From: an uncultured Bifidobacterium sp.
Lineage (GTDB): Bacteria > Actinomycetota > Acidimicrobiia > Acidimicrobiales > Ilumatobacteraceae
DNA: 64,000 nucleotides
NCBI GenBank assembly: GCA_964513585.1
Contig: CAZENK010000002.1
Location: forward strand, 14,293-78,292
Direction: 5' to 3'
Below the pieces are notes generated by a model. It saw only the letters and a program-made list of their open reading frames with translations, did not search any database and was not told where the DNA came from. The translations under genes were made by a program, and so were the position numbers. Each line of letters starts with the position of its first letter. Positions within the stretch are counted from its first letter, which is position 1. This document shows, one piece after another, positions 49,181 to 58,240 of the stretch.

Positions 49181-50545
49181 TTACTGGCCGACCGGCATCC
49201 AGTTGCCGTGGAACCCGTTCGGCACGCGCACCGGCAGGTGCACCACCGCGATCGGATCGTCGGTGAAAGCCCGGGCGTCGAACAGCGCGAGTTCCGAAAG
49301 ACCTGTTCCGAGGTTCTGGCGCAGCGCCATCACATATCCGTCATCCTCGTTGGACTCCGTCACGGCATCGTTCGTGCGGGGGATGAAGACGGGTTCGCCG
49401 TAGCCGTAGTCACGTGCGTCGGTGCGTGCGGTGAACGACTTCGTGTCGAGGTCGGCCTTTATCAGCACGTCCTGGGCGAACTCCGTGGCGATGCCCGCCG
49501 AGTACCCGAAGCGGTTCTTCAACCCGATGAGGTCCTCGCGGATGCGGGGGAACTCCTGCGGACGGTCATCGAGAGTCTCCTCGGTGGCATGGCCGGTGGC
49601 GGGGTCGAGCACCCACCTGACCATTGTCGGCGGCCCCTCGCCCGGGCCCCGGCGTTCACGGTCGAACATGCGCGGGTGACGCGCTGCATCGAGCACCACG
49701 CGGCCGTCGAGCAGGTCATAGGAGTTCATCGGATGGAAGAAGTAGCAGGGGTCGATCGAGACCCATGCAATGTCGTCGGCGCTTCCTTCGCGGGGCAGCA
49801 GCCCGATGCGCGCCTCGTAGTTCGCGTCCCAGTAGTAGGGCAGGCTCGCGCCCTTCATGGCGGCATCGATGTTGAACACGCACGGAAGGTCGAACACCAT
49901 CGCGTACTTCTCGGTGATCGAGATGTCATGGATCATCGGCCCGCCCGGCAGCGGGATGTCGACGGTGCGCCGCACGTGACCCTGTGGGTCGACCACCAGG
50001 TACTGCACCTGGTTGCCCCAACCCCACCAGTACGTCATCACGTGCAGTTCGTTGGTGCGCGGGTCGCGCTTCGGGTGTGCAGAGAAAGCCATCGGAAGCG
50101 TGCCGTCGAGATTCGAGACACGAACGGTCTCGAGATCGAAGTCGAGCTCGATCGGTGGGGAACCCGCCTCGACGATCGCATAGGTGCGCCCTGCGTGCTG
50201 GATCACGTTGGTGTTCGCAGAGAACGTGTTGTGGTCGGCGGGCCAGTCGGACGGGGGAGCTTCAACGCCCATCTTCTGTGCGAGGTTCGGCTCGCGCACC
50301 CACCGGTTGCGGTACCACTCGGCCCTGCCGTCACGGATGCGGATGCCGTGCACCATGCCGTCACCGGTGAACCAGTGGTAGCGCTTCTCGTTGATGTCGC
50401 CGAACGGGTTGGGCCCGTTGCGCACGTAACGGCCGTCGAGATCCGGCGGGATCGTCCCGGTGACGGGAAGGTCATGTGCGGTGACCTCCTCGGTGACCGG
50501 CGCGAGATTGCCGGCAAGAAAAGGGTTAGCGCTTGATGTTGCCAT
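49181..50545 (-). CDS. carotenoid oxygenase family dioxygenase (apocarotenoid/stilbene cleavage type)
   Basis: FSAHPKRDP, HDISITEKY, FHPMN and a C-terminal GFHGNWMP. These carry the four conserved His-containing blocks of the family. Confidence 0.85.
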   Translation of the reverse strand: MATSSANPFLAGNLAPVTEEVTAHDLPVTGTIPPDLDGRYVRNGPNPFGDINEKRYHWFTGDGMVHGIRIRDGRAEWYRNRWVREPNLAQKMGVEAPPSDWPADHNTFSANTNVIQHAGRTYAIVEAGSPPIELDFDLETVRVSNLDGTLPMAFSAHPKRDPRTNELHVMTYWWGWGNQVQYLVVDPQGHVRRTVDIPLPGGPMIHDISITEKYAMVFDLPCVFNIDAAMKGASLPYYWDANYEARIGLLPREGSADDIAWVSIDPCYFFHPMNSYDLLDGRVVLDAARHPRMFDRERRGPGEGPPTMVRWVLDPATGHATEETLDDRPQEFPRIREDLIGLKNRFGYSAGIATEFAQDVLIKADLDTKSFTARTDARDYGYGEPVFIPRTNDAVTESNEDDGYVMALRQNLGTGLSELALFDARAFTDDPIAVVHLPVRVPNGFHGNWMPVGQ

Positions 50546-51155
50546 TGATGCTCCGTGATGTGAACCGTGCGACGCTGTCGACCACGCTGTCGATGCTGGC
50601 CTCGGGCGGCAGTTTCGCCTCGAGAGGGCCGTCGATCAACAGGGTCGCGAGTCCGTGCGCCGATGACCAGAGTGCGATCGGCAGCGTGAGGGGGTTGTCG
50701 CCGGCCGTGTGATCAGGGTCGACTGCGGCGGCAAGATCGAGCAACGCAAGGAATGCGCGGTCGGCTGCTGCACGCGTGGCGTCGTGGGTCGGGATGCCGC
50801 AGATGTCGGCCCTGAACATCACGCGGTAGTGGCCCTTGTGTGCGAGGGCAAAGCGAACGTACGTGTTCATGCAGGTTGCAAGTGGGTCATCTGCGCCCGT
50901 GAGCGCCGCCTCGAAGTCATCGGCAAAGCGTGTGAACCCCTCCTCGCTGATCGCGGCAAAGATTCCTGCGCGGTCACCGAAGTAGTGGTACGGGGCCTGG
51001 TGGCTGACCCCGGCCCGCCGGGCCACCTCTCTCATCGACACCGCATCGGCGCCCTCGGTGGCGATGATCGCGAGTGCCCCGTCGAGAACGGCTCGACGCA
51101 CGTCAGTTGCGGCGTCCACGGTGGTGTGAGTGCCTCGACGGGGTGCTCGCGTCAT
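50526..51155 (-). CDS. TetR family transcriptional regulator
   Basis: HTH MREVARRAGVSHQAPYHYF. Divergent from the MFS gene. An alternative GTG start lies at 51164. Confidence 0.85.
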   Translation of the reverse strand: MTRAPRRGTHTTVDAATDVRRAVLDGALAIIATEGADAVSMREVARRAGVSHQAPYHYFGDRAGIFAAISEEGFTRFADDFEAALTGADDPLATCMNTYVRFALAHKGHYRVMFRADICGIPTHDATRAAADRAFLALLDLAAAVDPDHTAGDNPLTLPIALWSSAHGLATLLIDGPLEAKLPPEASIDSVVDSVARFTSRSINGNIKR

Positions 51156-51176
51156 GCACGCCACTGTAACGCAGGG

Positions 51177-51214
51177 CTTGACAATGTCAAGTTCGGTTGC
51201 TAGACATTGTCAAG
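51177..51214. promoter_or_regulatory. twin 15-bp palindromic operators (candidate TetR sites)
   Basis: CTTGACAATGTCAAG (51177-51191) and CTAGACATTGTCAAG (51200-51214). Their centres are 23 bp apart. The second ends 1 nt before the MFS ATG. Confidence 0.7.
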
Positions 51215-51215
51215 T

Positions 51216-52769
51216 ATGAACGTCACACCTGTTCCTGACCACATCTATGCACGCCGTTGGCTCATTCTCGGCATTCTCAGCATCAGCGTCTTTCTCGTCG
51301 TCGTCGACAACCTGATCGTGAACGTCGCGCTGCCCACGTTGCAGCGCGAGCTCAATGCCACGACCACCGGCCTGCAGTGGATCGTCGACTCCTACGCACT
51401 CGTGTTCGCAGCGTTGCTGCTGGTCGGCGGCGGTATCGGTGACCGTTACGGCCGCAAGCCGGCCATGCAGATCGGTCTTGCCCTGTTTGCGGCCTGCAGC
51501 GTGGGTGCGGCGTTCGCATCGAGCAGCGGTTCCTTGATCTTCTGGCGAGGTGCCATGGGGATCGGTGCGGCACTGGTGTTCCCCGCAACCCTCGCGATCA
51601 TCACCAACCTGTTCCTCGACCCTGTCGAGCGCGCCAAGGCAATCGGTCTGTGGTCGGCAGTCTCGGGTATGGCGGTTGCGTTCGGGCCCGTGGCGGGCGG
51701 GTTCCTGCTCGAGCATTTCTGGTGGGGGTCCATGTTCCTCGTGAACGTGCCAATCGTTGCGGTCGCACTGATCATCGGTGCGCGCATCATCCCGAACTCG
51801 CGCAACGAGAACGCCCACTCCATCGACAAGACAGGATTCGTGCTCTCGGTGGTCGCGATCACTGCGATCGTGTTCACGGTCATCGAGTCGCCGCACTGGG
51901 GCTGGGGCAGCCTGAAGTCGAACCTCGGGTTCGTGCTCGGTGCCGCGGCATTGTTCGCCTTCGTGCGCGTCGAGATGCGCAAGGAAGAGCCTCTGCTCGA
52001 GGTGTCGTTCTTCAGGAGTGCGCGCTTCAGTGCCGCGACCGGAAGCATCGGCATCGCCTTCTTCTGTCTCTTCGGTTTCACGTTCCTCGTCACTCAGTAC
52101 TTCCAGTTCGTGCGTGGGTACTCCACCCTGAGCGCCGGTCTGCACACCCTTCCGTTTGCAATCGGTGCCGGTGTCACCGCACCATTTGCGGCGCGTGCAG
52201 CCCTGAAGTTCGGCACCAAGCGTGTCGTGTCACTCGGTCTGTTGAACATGAGCATCGGTTTCCTGATCGCGTCGCGCATGGATGCCGCGAGCTCGTACTG
52301 GGGTCACGTGATCATCGGCATGCTGTTCATGGCCAACGGTCTGTCGTTGGTCACGTCGCCCGCCACCGAGTCGGTGATGGGGTCATTGCCGCGGGAGAAG
52401 GCCGGCGTGGGTTCTGCGGTGAACGACATCAGTCGCGAGGTCGGCGGCACCCTCGGTGTCGCAGTCGTGGGATCGGTGTTCGTGAGCCTGTACGGCCCGA
52501 AGATCTCGGAGACCTTCACTGCGTTGCCGGGGCTGGTGCAGGCACTGCCGGCCGGTCTCTACGAGTCGGCGCAGGACTCCGTCGGTGCGGCGTTCGCCGT
52601 GGCGCAGGGTTCGCCCGCCGCTGTGCGGCCCGACGTGATCGCGGCCGTGAGTGATTCGTTCGTGCACGGCTTCTCCACTGCGTGTCTCGTGGCGGCAGGC
52701 ATGGCGTTCGTCGGGTCGCTGTTTGCACTGAGATTCCTGCCCGCACGTGCCGACGTCGCCCAGCACTGA
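51216..52769 (+). CDS. MFS transporter, DHA2 (14-TMS drug:H+ antiporter) family
   Basis: Motif A GGIGDRYGRKP, about 14 hydrophobic segments. An alternative TTG start lies at 51207. Confidence 0.85.
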   Translation: MNVTPVPDHIYARRWLILGILSISVFLVVVDNLIVNVALPTLQRELNATTTGLQWIVDSYALVFAALLLVGGGIGDRYGRKPAMQIGLALFAACSVGAAFASSSGSLIFWRGAMGIGAALVFPATLAIITNLFLDPVERAKAIGLWSAVSGMAVAFGPVAGGFLLEHFWWGSMFLVNVPIVAVALIIGARIIPNSRNENAHSIDKTGFVLSVVAITAIVFTVIESPHWGWGSLKSNLGFVLGAAALFAFVRVEMRKEEPLLEVSFFRSARFSAATGSIGIAFFCLFGFTFLVTQYFQFVRGYSTLSAGLHTLPFAIGAGVTAPFAARAALKFGTKRVVSLGLLNMSIGFLIASRMDAASSYWGHVIIGMLFMANGLSLVTSPATESVMGSLPREKAGVGSAVNDISREVGGTLGVAVVGSVFVSLYGPKISETFTALPGLVQALPAGLYESAQDSVGAAFAVAQGSPAAVRPDVIAAVSDSFVHGFSTACLVAAGMAFVGSLFALRFLPARADVAQH

Positions 52770-52849
52770 CCCGTTACCGACGGGTCGGAAACGATTTTCC
52801 GTTGCCCTGCGCGGGAGAGCACAGGAACAACCGCAAGTACGATGGGGCA

Positions 52850-53716
52850 ATGCCGTCACCGCACCCCGCCAGGTCTCTCGACGGCGCTCCCGCGCGTGAT
52901 GCGATACTCGCTGCGCTGACCGCACGGCTGACGACCGCAGGCCGACCGCAGATCACTCTTGCCACGGTGCTCGTCGGCGACGACGGCCCGAGCCGTACCT
53001 ATGTGGCCAACAAGCGGCGCACGGCCCAGTCGATCGGGCTCGTGTCCGATCACACCCAGCTTCCCGCCGGCACGACCCAGGCCGAACTCGAGGCGGTTGT
53101 GGCTTCCCTGGCTGCGCGCGTCGATGTGCACGGGATCCTTGTTCAGCTCCCTCTGCCTGCACATCTCGACACGGAGCGGGTGCTGCAGTTGATCCCTGCA
53201 GAGAAAGATGTCGACGGCCTGACGACTGCATCGATGGGTCGCCTCATGCGCGGACTCGACGGTCACGTGAGTTGCACACCGCTCGGAGTGCTGCGCCTGT
53301 TGCAGCACCACGGCATCCCGACTGCGGGGCGACATGCCGTGGTGGTCGGGCGGTCCACCCTCGTGGGACTGCCGTTGTCGGTGCTGCTCGCTCGCAAGGG
53401 CATCGACTGCACGGTCACGCTCGCGCATTCGCGCTCACAGGATCTGGCCGGCATCTGCCGCAGCGCCGACATTCTGGTGTCGGCCACGGGCGTGGCGCGT
53501 TCGATCACCGCCGAACACGTGACCCCCGGTGCTGTTGTCGTCGATGTGGGCATCTCGCGGATCGAGGACGGAATCGTCGGCGATGTGGATGCCGAATCGG
53601 TGGGCATGGTTGCATCGGCGCTCACGCCCATGCCCGGCGGCACAGGTCTGATGACCGTTGCGTGTCTGATGGAGAACACGGTGAACGCCGCCGTCCTGCT
53701 GGGCATGCAGCTGTGA
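52850..53716 (+). CDS. folD: bifunctional methylenetetrahydrofolate dehydrogenase/cyclohydrolase
   Basis: ATVLVGDDGPSRTYV, HGILVQLPLP, DVDGL, CTPLG, PMPGGTGLMT. Confidence 0.9.
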   Translation: MPSPHPARSLDGAPARDAILAALTARLTTAGRPQITLATVLVGDDGPSRTYVANKRRTAQSIGLVSDHTQLPAGTTQAELEAVVASLAARVDVHGILVQLPLPAHLDTERVLQLIPAEKDVDGLTTASMGRLMRGLDGHVSCTPLGVLRLLQHHGIPTAGRHAVVVGRSTLVGLPLSVLLARKGIDCTVTLAHSRSQDLAGICRSADILVSATGVARSITAEHVTPGAVVVDVGISRIEDGIVGDVDAESVGMVASALTPMPGGTGLMTVACLMENTVNAAVLLGMQL

Positions 53717-55656
53717 TTCGAGTGTCGAACAGGTCATCGAGGCTGTGGCTCGCTGCCGCCGTGGTGTTCGCCGCAGTTGTCACCGCTGTGCAGACACCCG
53801 CCACGGCGGCTGTTCCCGAGGCAGAACCGGTTGCGCGCAAAATGGTGGTCACGTCGCCGCAGACGACCGGCCCGAACTCCAGCGTGCTGTCGTGGGGTCT
53901 CGAGCGCATCGACCAGCGCGGCCCCGTGGCAAGCCCGAGGTCGTACTCGTTCGGCAACACGGGCACCGGCGTCACCATCTACGTGCTCGACTCGGGCGTG
54001 CAGGCAAACCACCCCGAGTTCGAGGGAAGGGTGGTCGACGGCTGGAGCTACCGCGCGAGCACGACCGCACTGAACAGCTACAAGAACGCACTGCAGGCGA
54101 ACACCATCGATGCCTGCCCCAACGACGGGTCGCATGCCCAGAACCCCGCCTCATTCGATGCGCCTGCCACTGTCGATGCCGCGGACAAGGGCCGCACCGA
54201 CAACGACGGCCACGGAACCCATGTGGCAGGCATCGCAGCAGGTGAGTACGTGGGGGTGGCGAAAGATGCGCGTGTGGTGCCGGTGCGGGCCCTCGATTCG
54301 TGCGGCAACGGCACGCGCACCATGATTCTCGAGGGTCTTGCATGGATCCGCACGCATCACCAGGCCGGTGAGCGTGCGGTGCTGAACCTGAGCGTGGGTT
54401 TCGGTGAACAGGTGGCCGCGGTTGATGACTCGATCACCGCGTTGATGAACGACGGCATCGTGGTCGTGGCGGCGGCAGGAAACTCGGCATCCACTGCATG
54501 TGGCTCGACGCCGGCCTCCACCCTCGGCACTATCTCTGTCGGCGCATCGACATCGGTGGATTCGGAGAGCAATTTCTCCAACTTCGGCGAATGTGTCGAC
54601 CTGTTCGCACCCGGTGGCGGCGTGCCTGGATTTTCGGTCACCTCGGCGTATCCGTACCTGAGCGGCACGACCAACACGTACGCAGGCCTCTCCGGAACCT
54701 CGATGGCGGCCCCGTTTGTTGCCGGCGCAGTTGCGCGTGTGATGCAGACCATGCCTGCTGCACCCACGAACTTTGCCACCGGGCCCACAACAGCGTGGCG
54801 ATGGTTGAGTTCCAACGCATCAACGGGCCGCATCACGTATCACGACCAGGCGCGCCCGGTGCAGACGCTGAACCGTCTTCTGTTCGTGCCGGTCGCCATC
54901 GCTGCACCTGTTGCCCAGGCGACCGCGGTTCCGGCACCGGCCGGCGCAACCGTGTCGTGGACAGGGGCGGTGGCGGGCACCACCTATGTCGCCACTGCGT
55001 CACCGGGCGGTGCACAGTGCACCGTGGTCAACGGGTCGTCGTGCACCATCTCGGGGCTCACGCCCGGCACTTCGTACACCGTGTCGGTGGCCGGGTCGAT
55101 CGGCGACGGTTTCGGCGCTCATGTCGAGACATCTGTTGTTGCCGGAGCGGCCGCCCCACAGCAGCCCGCGCCTGAGCCGGCTGCGCCGCCCTCTGTTGCC
55201 GGAGCAGCATCGGCGAACTCTGTCTCGTTGAGTTGGGCGCCCTCGGCGACGCCGAACGTGACCTACGTGGTCACGTCGACACCTGCGTCTACCGGGTGCA
55301 CCACCACGCTCACCCAGTGCACCGTTGCAGGCCTGCGGCCCGGCATCAACTACGTGTTCTCCATCCGCACACAGGTCGGGGGCGCCTTCTCGCCCACGGC
55401 AACAGAGTTCGAGACCCGGCCCGGGTTCACGGTGAGGCGATCGACCGTTGCCCGCCGGTCGCGCACGTCGCTGACCTCGATCGTGACCACGCCGTCGCGC
55501 GGCAGGAAGACATGGCGTGAATCGGGCGCCTGTTCCATCTCGGCGGGTCGTCTCGTGGCGCCGGCGCGCGCCACCACCTGCACGGTGGTGTTACGGGTTG
55601 CAAAGTCCGGGTCGTGGCCCGCCATGTCGACCACTGTCAAGGTCGCGGTGAGGTAG
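53713..55656 (+). CDS. secreted S8 (subtilisin/proteinase K-like) serine peptidase with two FN3-like domains and a basic C-terminal module
   Basis: GTG 53713 overlaps the folD stop (GTGA). Signal peptide. WGLERIDQR. Catalytic triad in YVLDSGV, DGHGTHVAG and SGTSMAAP. Two FN3-like units, each with the pattern C..GL.PG..Y. Confidence 0.85.
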   Translation: MIRVSNRSSRLWLAAAVVFAAVVTAVQTPATAAVPEAEPVARKMVVTSPQTTGPNSSVLSWGLERIDQRGPVASPRSYSFGNTGTGVTIYVLDSGVQANHPEFEGRVVDGWSYRASTTALNSYKNALQANTIDACPNDGSHAQNPASFDAPATVDAADKGRTDNDGHGTHVAGIAAGEYVGVAKDARVVPVRALDSCGNGTRTMILEGLAWIRTHHQAGERAVLNLSVGFGEQVAAVDDSITALMNDGIVVVAAAGNSASTACGSTPASTLGTISVGASTSVDSESNFSNFGECVDLFAPGGGVPGFSVTSAYPYLSGTTNTYAGLSGTSMAAPFVAGAVARVMQTMPAAPTNFATGPTTAWRWLSSNASTGRITYHDQARPVQTLNRLLFVPVAIAAPVAQATAVPAPAGATVSWTGAVAGTTYVATASPGGAQCTVVNGSSCTISGLTPGTSYTVSVAGSIGDGFGAHVETSVVAGAAAPQQPAPEPAAPPSVAGAASANSVSLSWAPSATPNVTYVVTSTPASTGCTTTLTQCTVAGLRPGINYVFSIRTQVGGAFSPTATEFETRPGFTVRRSTVARRSRTSLTSIVTTPSRGRKTWRESGACSISAGRLVAPARATTCTVVLRVAKSGSWPAMSTTVKVAVR

Positions 55657-55700
55657 GCGTCACGGTGAAACGCACGGGACAATCTGATACCCTTGGGGGT

Positions 55701-56096
55701 ATGAAGAAGAGAGTTCTCGGTCTGGTGTTCGTCGCCTCGTTCACGGCATTGGTCGCGGCAGGTTGCGGCAGTTCAGGCGGAACCTCGGGTCCCGACACGA
55801 CCATCGTCGATGTGTCGTTGGTTCCCGCGGGCACGGTGATCGACGTGCGTTCAGCCGGTGAGTTCGCCGAGGGTCACGTGCAGGGCGCTCGCAACCTGAA
55901 CGTGGAGAACGGTGACCTCGAGGCTGCCCTCGGCAGTCTCGACAAGAGTGCGTCGTACTCGGTGTACTGCAGGTCGGGGCGCAGGTCTGCCGTCGCGGTC
56001 GAGATGATGCGGAATGCGGGCTTCACAAAGGTGGTTGACCTGGGGGCACTCGATGAAGCCGCTGAATCCCTCTCGCTCCCCGTCGTTCGCAACTGA
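55701..56096 (+). CDS. rhodanese-like domain lipoprotein
   Basis: Lipobox VAAGCGSS. EFAEGHVQGARN. Active-site loop CRSGRRS. Confidence 0.8.
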   Translation: MKKRVLGLVFVASFTALVAAGCGSSGGTSGPDTTIVDVSLVPAGTVIDVRSAGEFAEGHVQGARNLNVENGDLEAALGSLDKSASYSVYCRSGRRSAVAVEMMRNAGFTKVVDLGALDEAAESLSLPVVRN

Positions 56097-56118
56097 TCAC
56101 AGAAACGGAAAACCCCAC

Positions 56119-56496
56119 ATGGCCACCCTCGCACTCACCGAAGAGAACTTCGAATCAACCGTTCTGGCCGAGGGCATCACCATCGTCGACTTCTGGGCCG
56201 ACTGGTGCGGCCCGTGCAAGATGTTCGCTCCTGTGTTCGAGAAGTCGAGCGAGGCGCACCCCGAGGTGCGCTACGCAAAGGTCGACACCGAGGCCGAGCA
56301 GGGTCTTGCCGCCGCCCTCCAGATCAGGTCGATCCCCACGATCATGGTCTTCCGTGACGGGATCCTGTTGTTCAACCAGGCCGGGGCCCTGCCCGAGCAC
56401 TCGCTCGAGCAGATCGTGACCGCGGCCGAGCAGCTCGACATGGAAGAGGTGCGCCGCGAGATCGCCGCGGCCGAGGCGGCAGAAGCCGCCGAGTAG
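56119..56496 (+). CDS. trxA: thioredoxin
   Basis: DFWADWCGPCKMFAP active site. 125 aa with an Ala/Glu-rich tail. Confidence 0.9.
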   Translation: MATLALTEENFESTVLAEGITIVDFWADWCGPCKMFAPVFEKSSEAHPEVRYAKVDTEAEQGLAAALQIRSIPTIMVFRDGILLFNQAGALPEHSLEQIVTAAEQLDMEEVRREIAAAEAAEAAE

Positions 56497-56515
56497 CCGC
56501 CCTACACTCTTCCCC

Positions 56516-58165
56516 GTGGGGCGTTCCGGGGGGAAGACGACACGGGTTCTGTTGACGCTGTGCGTCGCCGTGTCGCTCGTTGTTCCGGTGGTCGCCGCGG
56601 CGAACGCCGCATCACCCACGCAGCCGCCTGCGGTCGGTCGCATCGCAGTGGGTGACACACACACGTGCGCGATCGCATCGAACGACGTGGTGTGGTGCTG
56701 GGGCGACAACAGCTACGGCCAGCTCGGGTCTAGTGCGCACGCAGCGCTGCCGAACTCGCGCTCGACCGTGCCGGTGCAGGCGGCCGCTCTGCCGGGTGCA
56801 CGTGTCGCACGTGCGATCACGGCGGGAAAGGGCCACGTGTGTGTGCTGGCCGACGACGGCAGTGTGTGGTGCTGGGGCTACAACGGGTACGGCGAAGTCG
56901 GAGTCAGTGGCGGCAGCCAGGTGGATCCCGTGCGTGTGTCGCTCGCTGACACCGCAACCATGGTGGTGGCCGGCGGCAACAGCACGTGCGCCACATTGGC
57001 GAACTCGCAGTTGTGGTGCTGGGGCAGGAACAACCGCGGACAGCTCGGCGTGGGCAGCGCGAACAACACCGCGAATGCGACACCCGCACGCGTGGGCATT
57101 GTCCCCGTGTCGTTCACCGTGGCATCTCTCGATCTGGGTGCCCTGCACGCATGCGCAACGAGCACGGCGGGCGACACATGGTGCTGGGGCGCATTCGACG
57201 ATGGTCGCCTGGGTACCAACGGTGCATCGGATGTGCTCGCGCCGCAGAAGCTCTCGAGCATCGCCGCAGGCCAGTCCACCGGTGTCTCGGGAGGTTCAGA
57301 TCACACCTGCGTGACCACGGCATCCCAGGTGCAGTGCTTCGGTGCAAACGCGATGGGCCAGCTCGGCGCCGACCCGGCGGTGGTGTCTGCATCGTCGACA
57401 CCGCGTGCGGTGACGGCCTCGGGCTCACCGGTCATGGTCGTTGCGGGCACCGAGACCACGTGCATGATCGTGGGCTCGGGTGCACTCGAGTGTCTCGGCA
57501 GCGATTCATCGGGCCAGCTCGCCAGTGGCTCGAGCGGCAGTTCGAGGCACACGGCCGCCGCGGTCACGGGCATCTCGGGCGGTGTTGTCGATGTGGCAGT
57601 GGGCGACACGCACGCCTGTGCCGTGCTGGTGTCGGGTGCGGTGAGGTGCTGGGGTGCGAACGCATCGGGCCAGCTCGGTGACGGCACCCGGGTCATGCGC
57701 ACGAGCGCTGTTGCTGCCGGCACACTCAATGCCTCGCCCACGACAACCACCACGACTACTGCTGCAACCACGACGACTGCCGCGACCACGACCACGCCCG
57801 CACATGTGACGCAGCCACCCTCCACCGGCGCACCGGCCACTGCGCCACCGACAACCGAGGTGTCCGGCACGCCGGTGACGGCAAGCACTGTTGCCACGGG
57901 TCTCGCGGCAACAGAAGCGCGCGCGATGACCGTGAGACGCAACCGTCACGTGACCGCGCGGGCGATCGCGGCGCATGTGTCGCTCGCGATCCCGAAGACC
58001 TCCCGGGGCACCATGCGCCTGACGATCGTGCGCGGTTCGCGTTCGTGCGTGTTCGACGGTGCACGCATCAGGGGAGTGCGCAGGGGCTCGTGCACGGTGC
58101 TCGTGACCGTGATCCCGAAGCGCGGGAAACGCACCCTGCGCACCGCCACGATCGTGGTGCGCTGA
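56516..58165 (+). CDS. secreted RCC1-repeat (7-bladed beta-propeller) protein with Thr-rich linker and basic C-terminal module
   Basis: GTG start followed by a signal peptide. Seven repeats of the C(W/F/L)GxNxxGQLG type. Linker TTTTTTAATTTTAATTTTPA. Confidence 0.85.
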   Translation: MGRSGGKTTRVLLTLCVAVSLVVPVVAAANAASPTQPPAVGRIAVGDTHTCAIASNDVVWCWGDNSYGQLGSSAHAALPNSRSTVPVQAAALPGARVARAITAGKGHVCVLADDGSVWCWGYNGYGEVGVSGGSQVDPVRVSLADTATMVVAGGNSTCATLANSQLWCWGRNNRGQLGVGSANNTANATPARVGIVPVSFTVASLDLGALHACATSTAGDTWCWGAFDDGRLGTNGASDVLAPQKLSSIAAGQSTGVSGGSDHTCVTTASQVQCFGANAMGQLGADPAVVSASSTPRAVTASGSPVMVVAGTETTCMIVGSGALECLGSDSSGQLASGSSGSSRHTAAAVTGISGGVVDVAVGDTHACAVLVSGAVRCWGANASGQLGDGTRVMRTSAVAAGTLNASPTTTTTTTAATTTTAATTTTPAHVTQPPSTGAPATAPPTTEVSGTPVTASTVATGLAATEARAMTVRRNRHVTARAIAAHVSLAIPKTSRGTMRLTIVRGSRSCVFDGARIRGVRRGSCTVLVTVIPKRGKRTLRTATIVVR

Positions 58166-58175
58166 GGCTCTCCCT

Positions 58176-58217
58176 CGCGTGCGCACACGCGTGCGCGGGA
58201 CGCGCGCCCGCGCGCCC
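58176..58217 (+). promoter_or_regulatory. 22-nt perfectly alternating purine-pyrimidine tract, GC hairpin and tandem GCGCGCCC, between the RCC1 and topoisomerase genes
   Basis: 58176-58197 CGCGTGCGCACACGCGTGCGCG alternates Y/R throughout. Hairpin GCGCGGG (58193-58199) with CCCGCGC (58207-58213). GCGCGCCC occurs twice in tandem (58202-58217). A T-rich tract follows at 58229-58244. Confidence 0.5.
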
Positions 58218-58240
58218 GGCCTGTCAAGTCTTTCTTTTTT

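Noticed and set aside
57720-57800. Repetitive ACG/ACC/ACT/GCN DNA that looks like a tandem repeat
   Set aside because: It lies in frame inside the RCC1 gene and encodes the Thr/Ala linker TTTTTTAATTTTAATTTTPA. This is low-complexity coding sequence, not a CRISPR array or satellite repeat.
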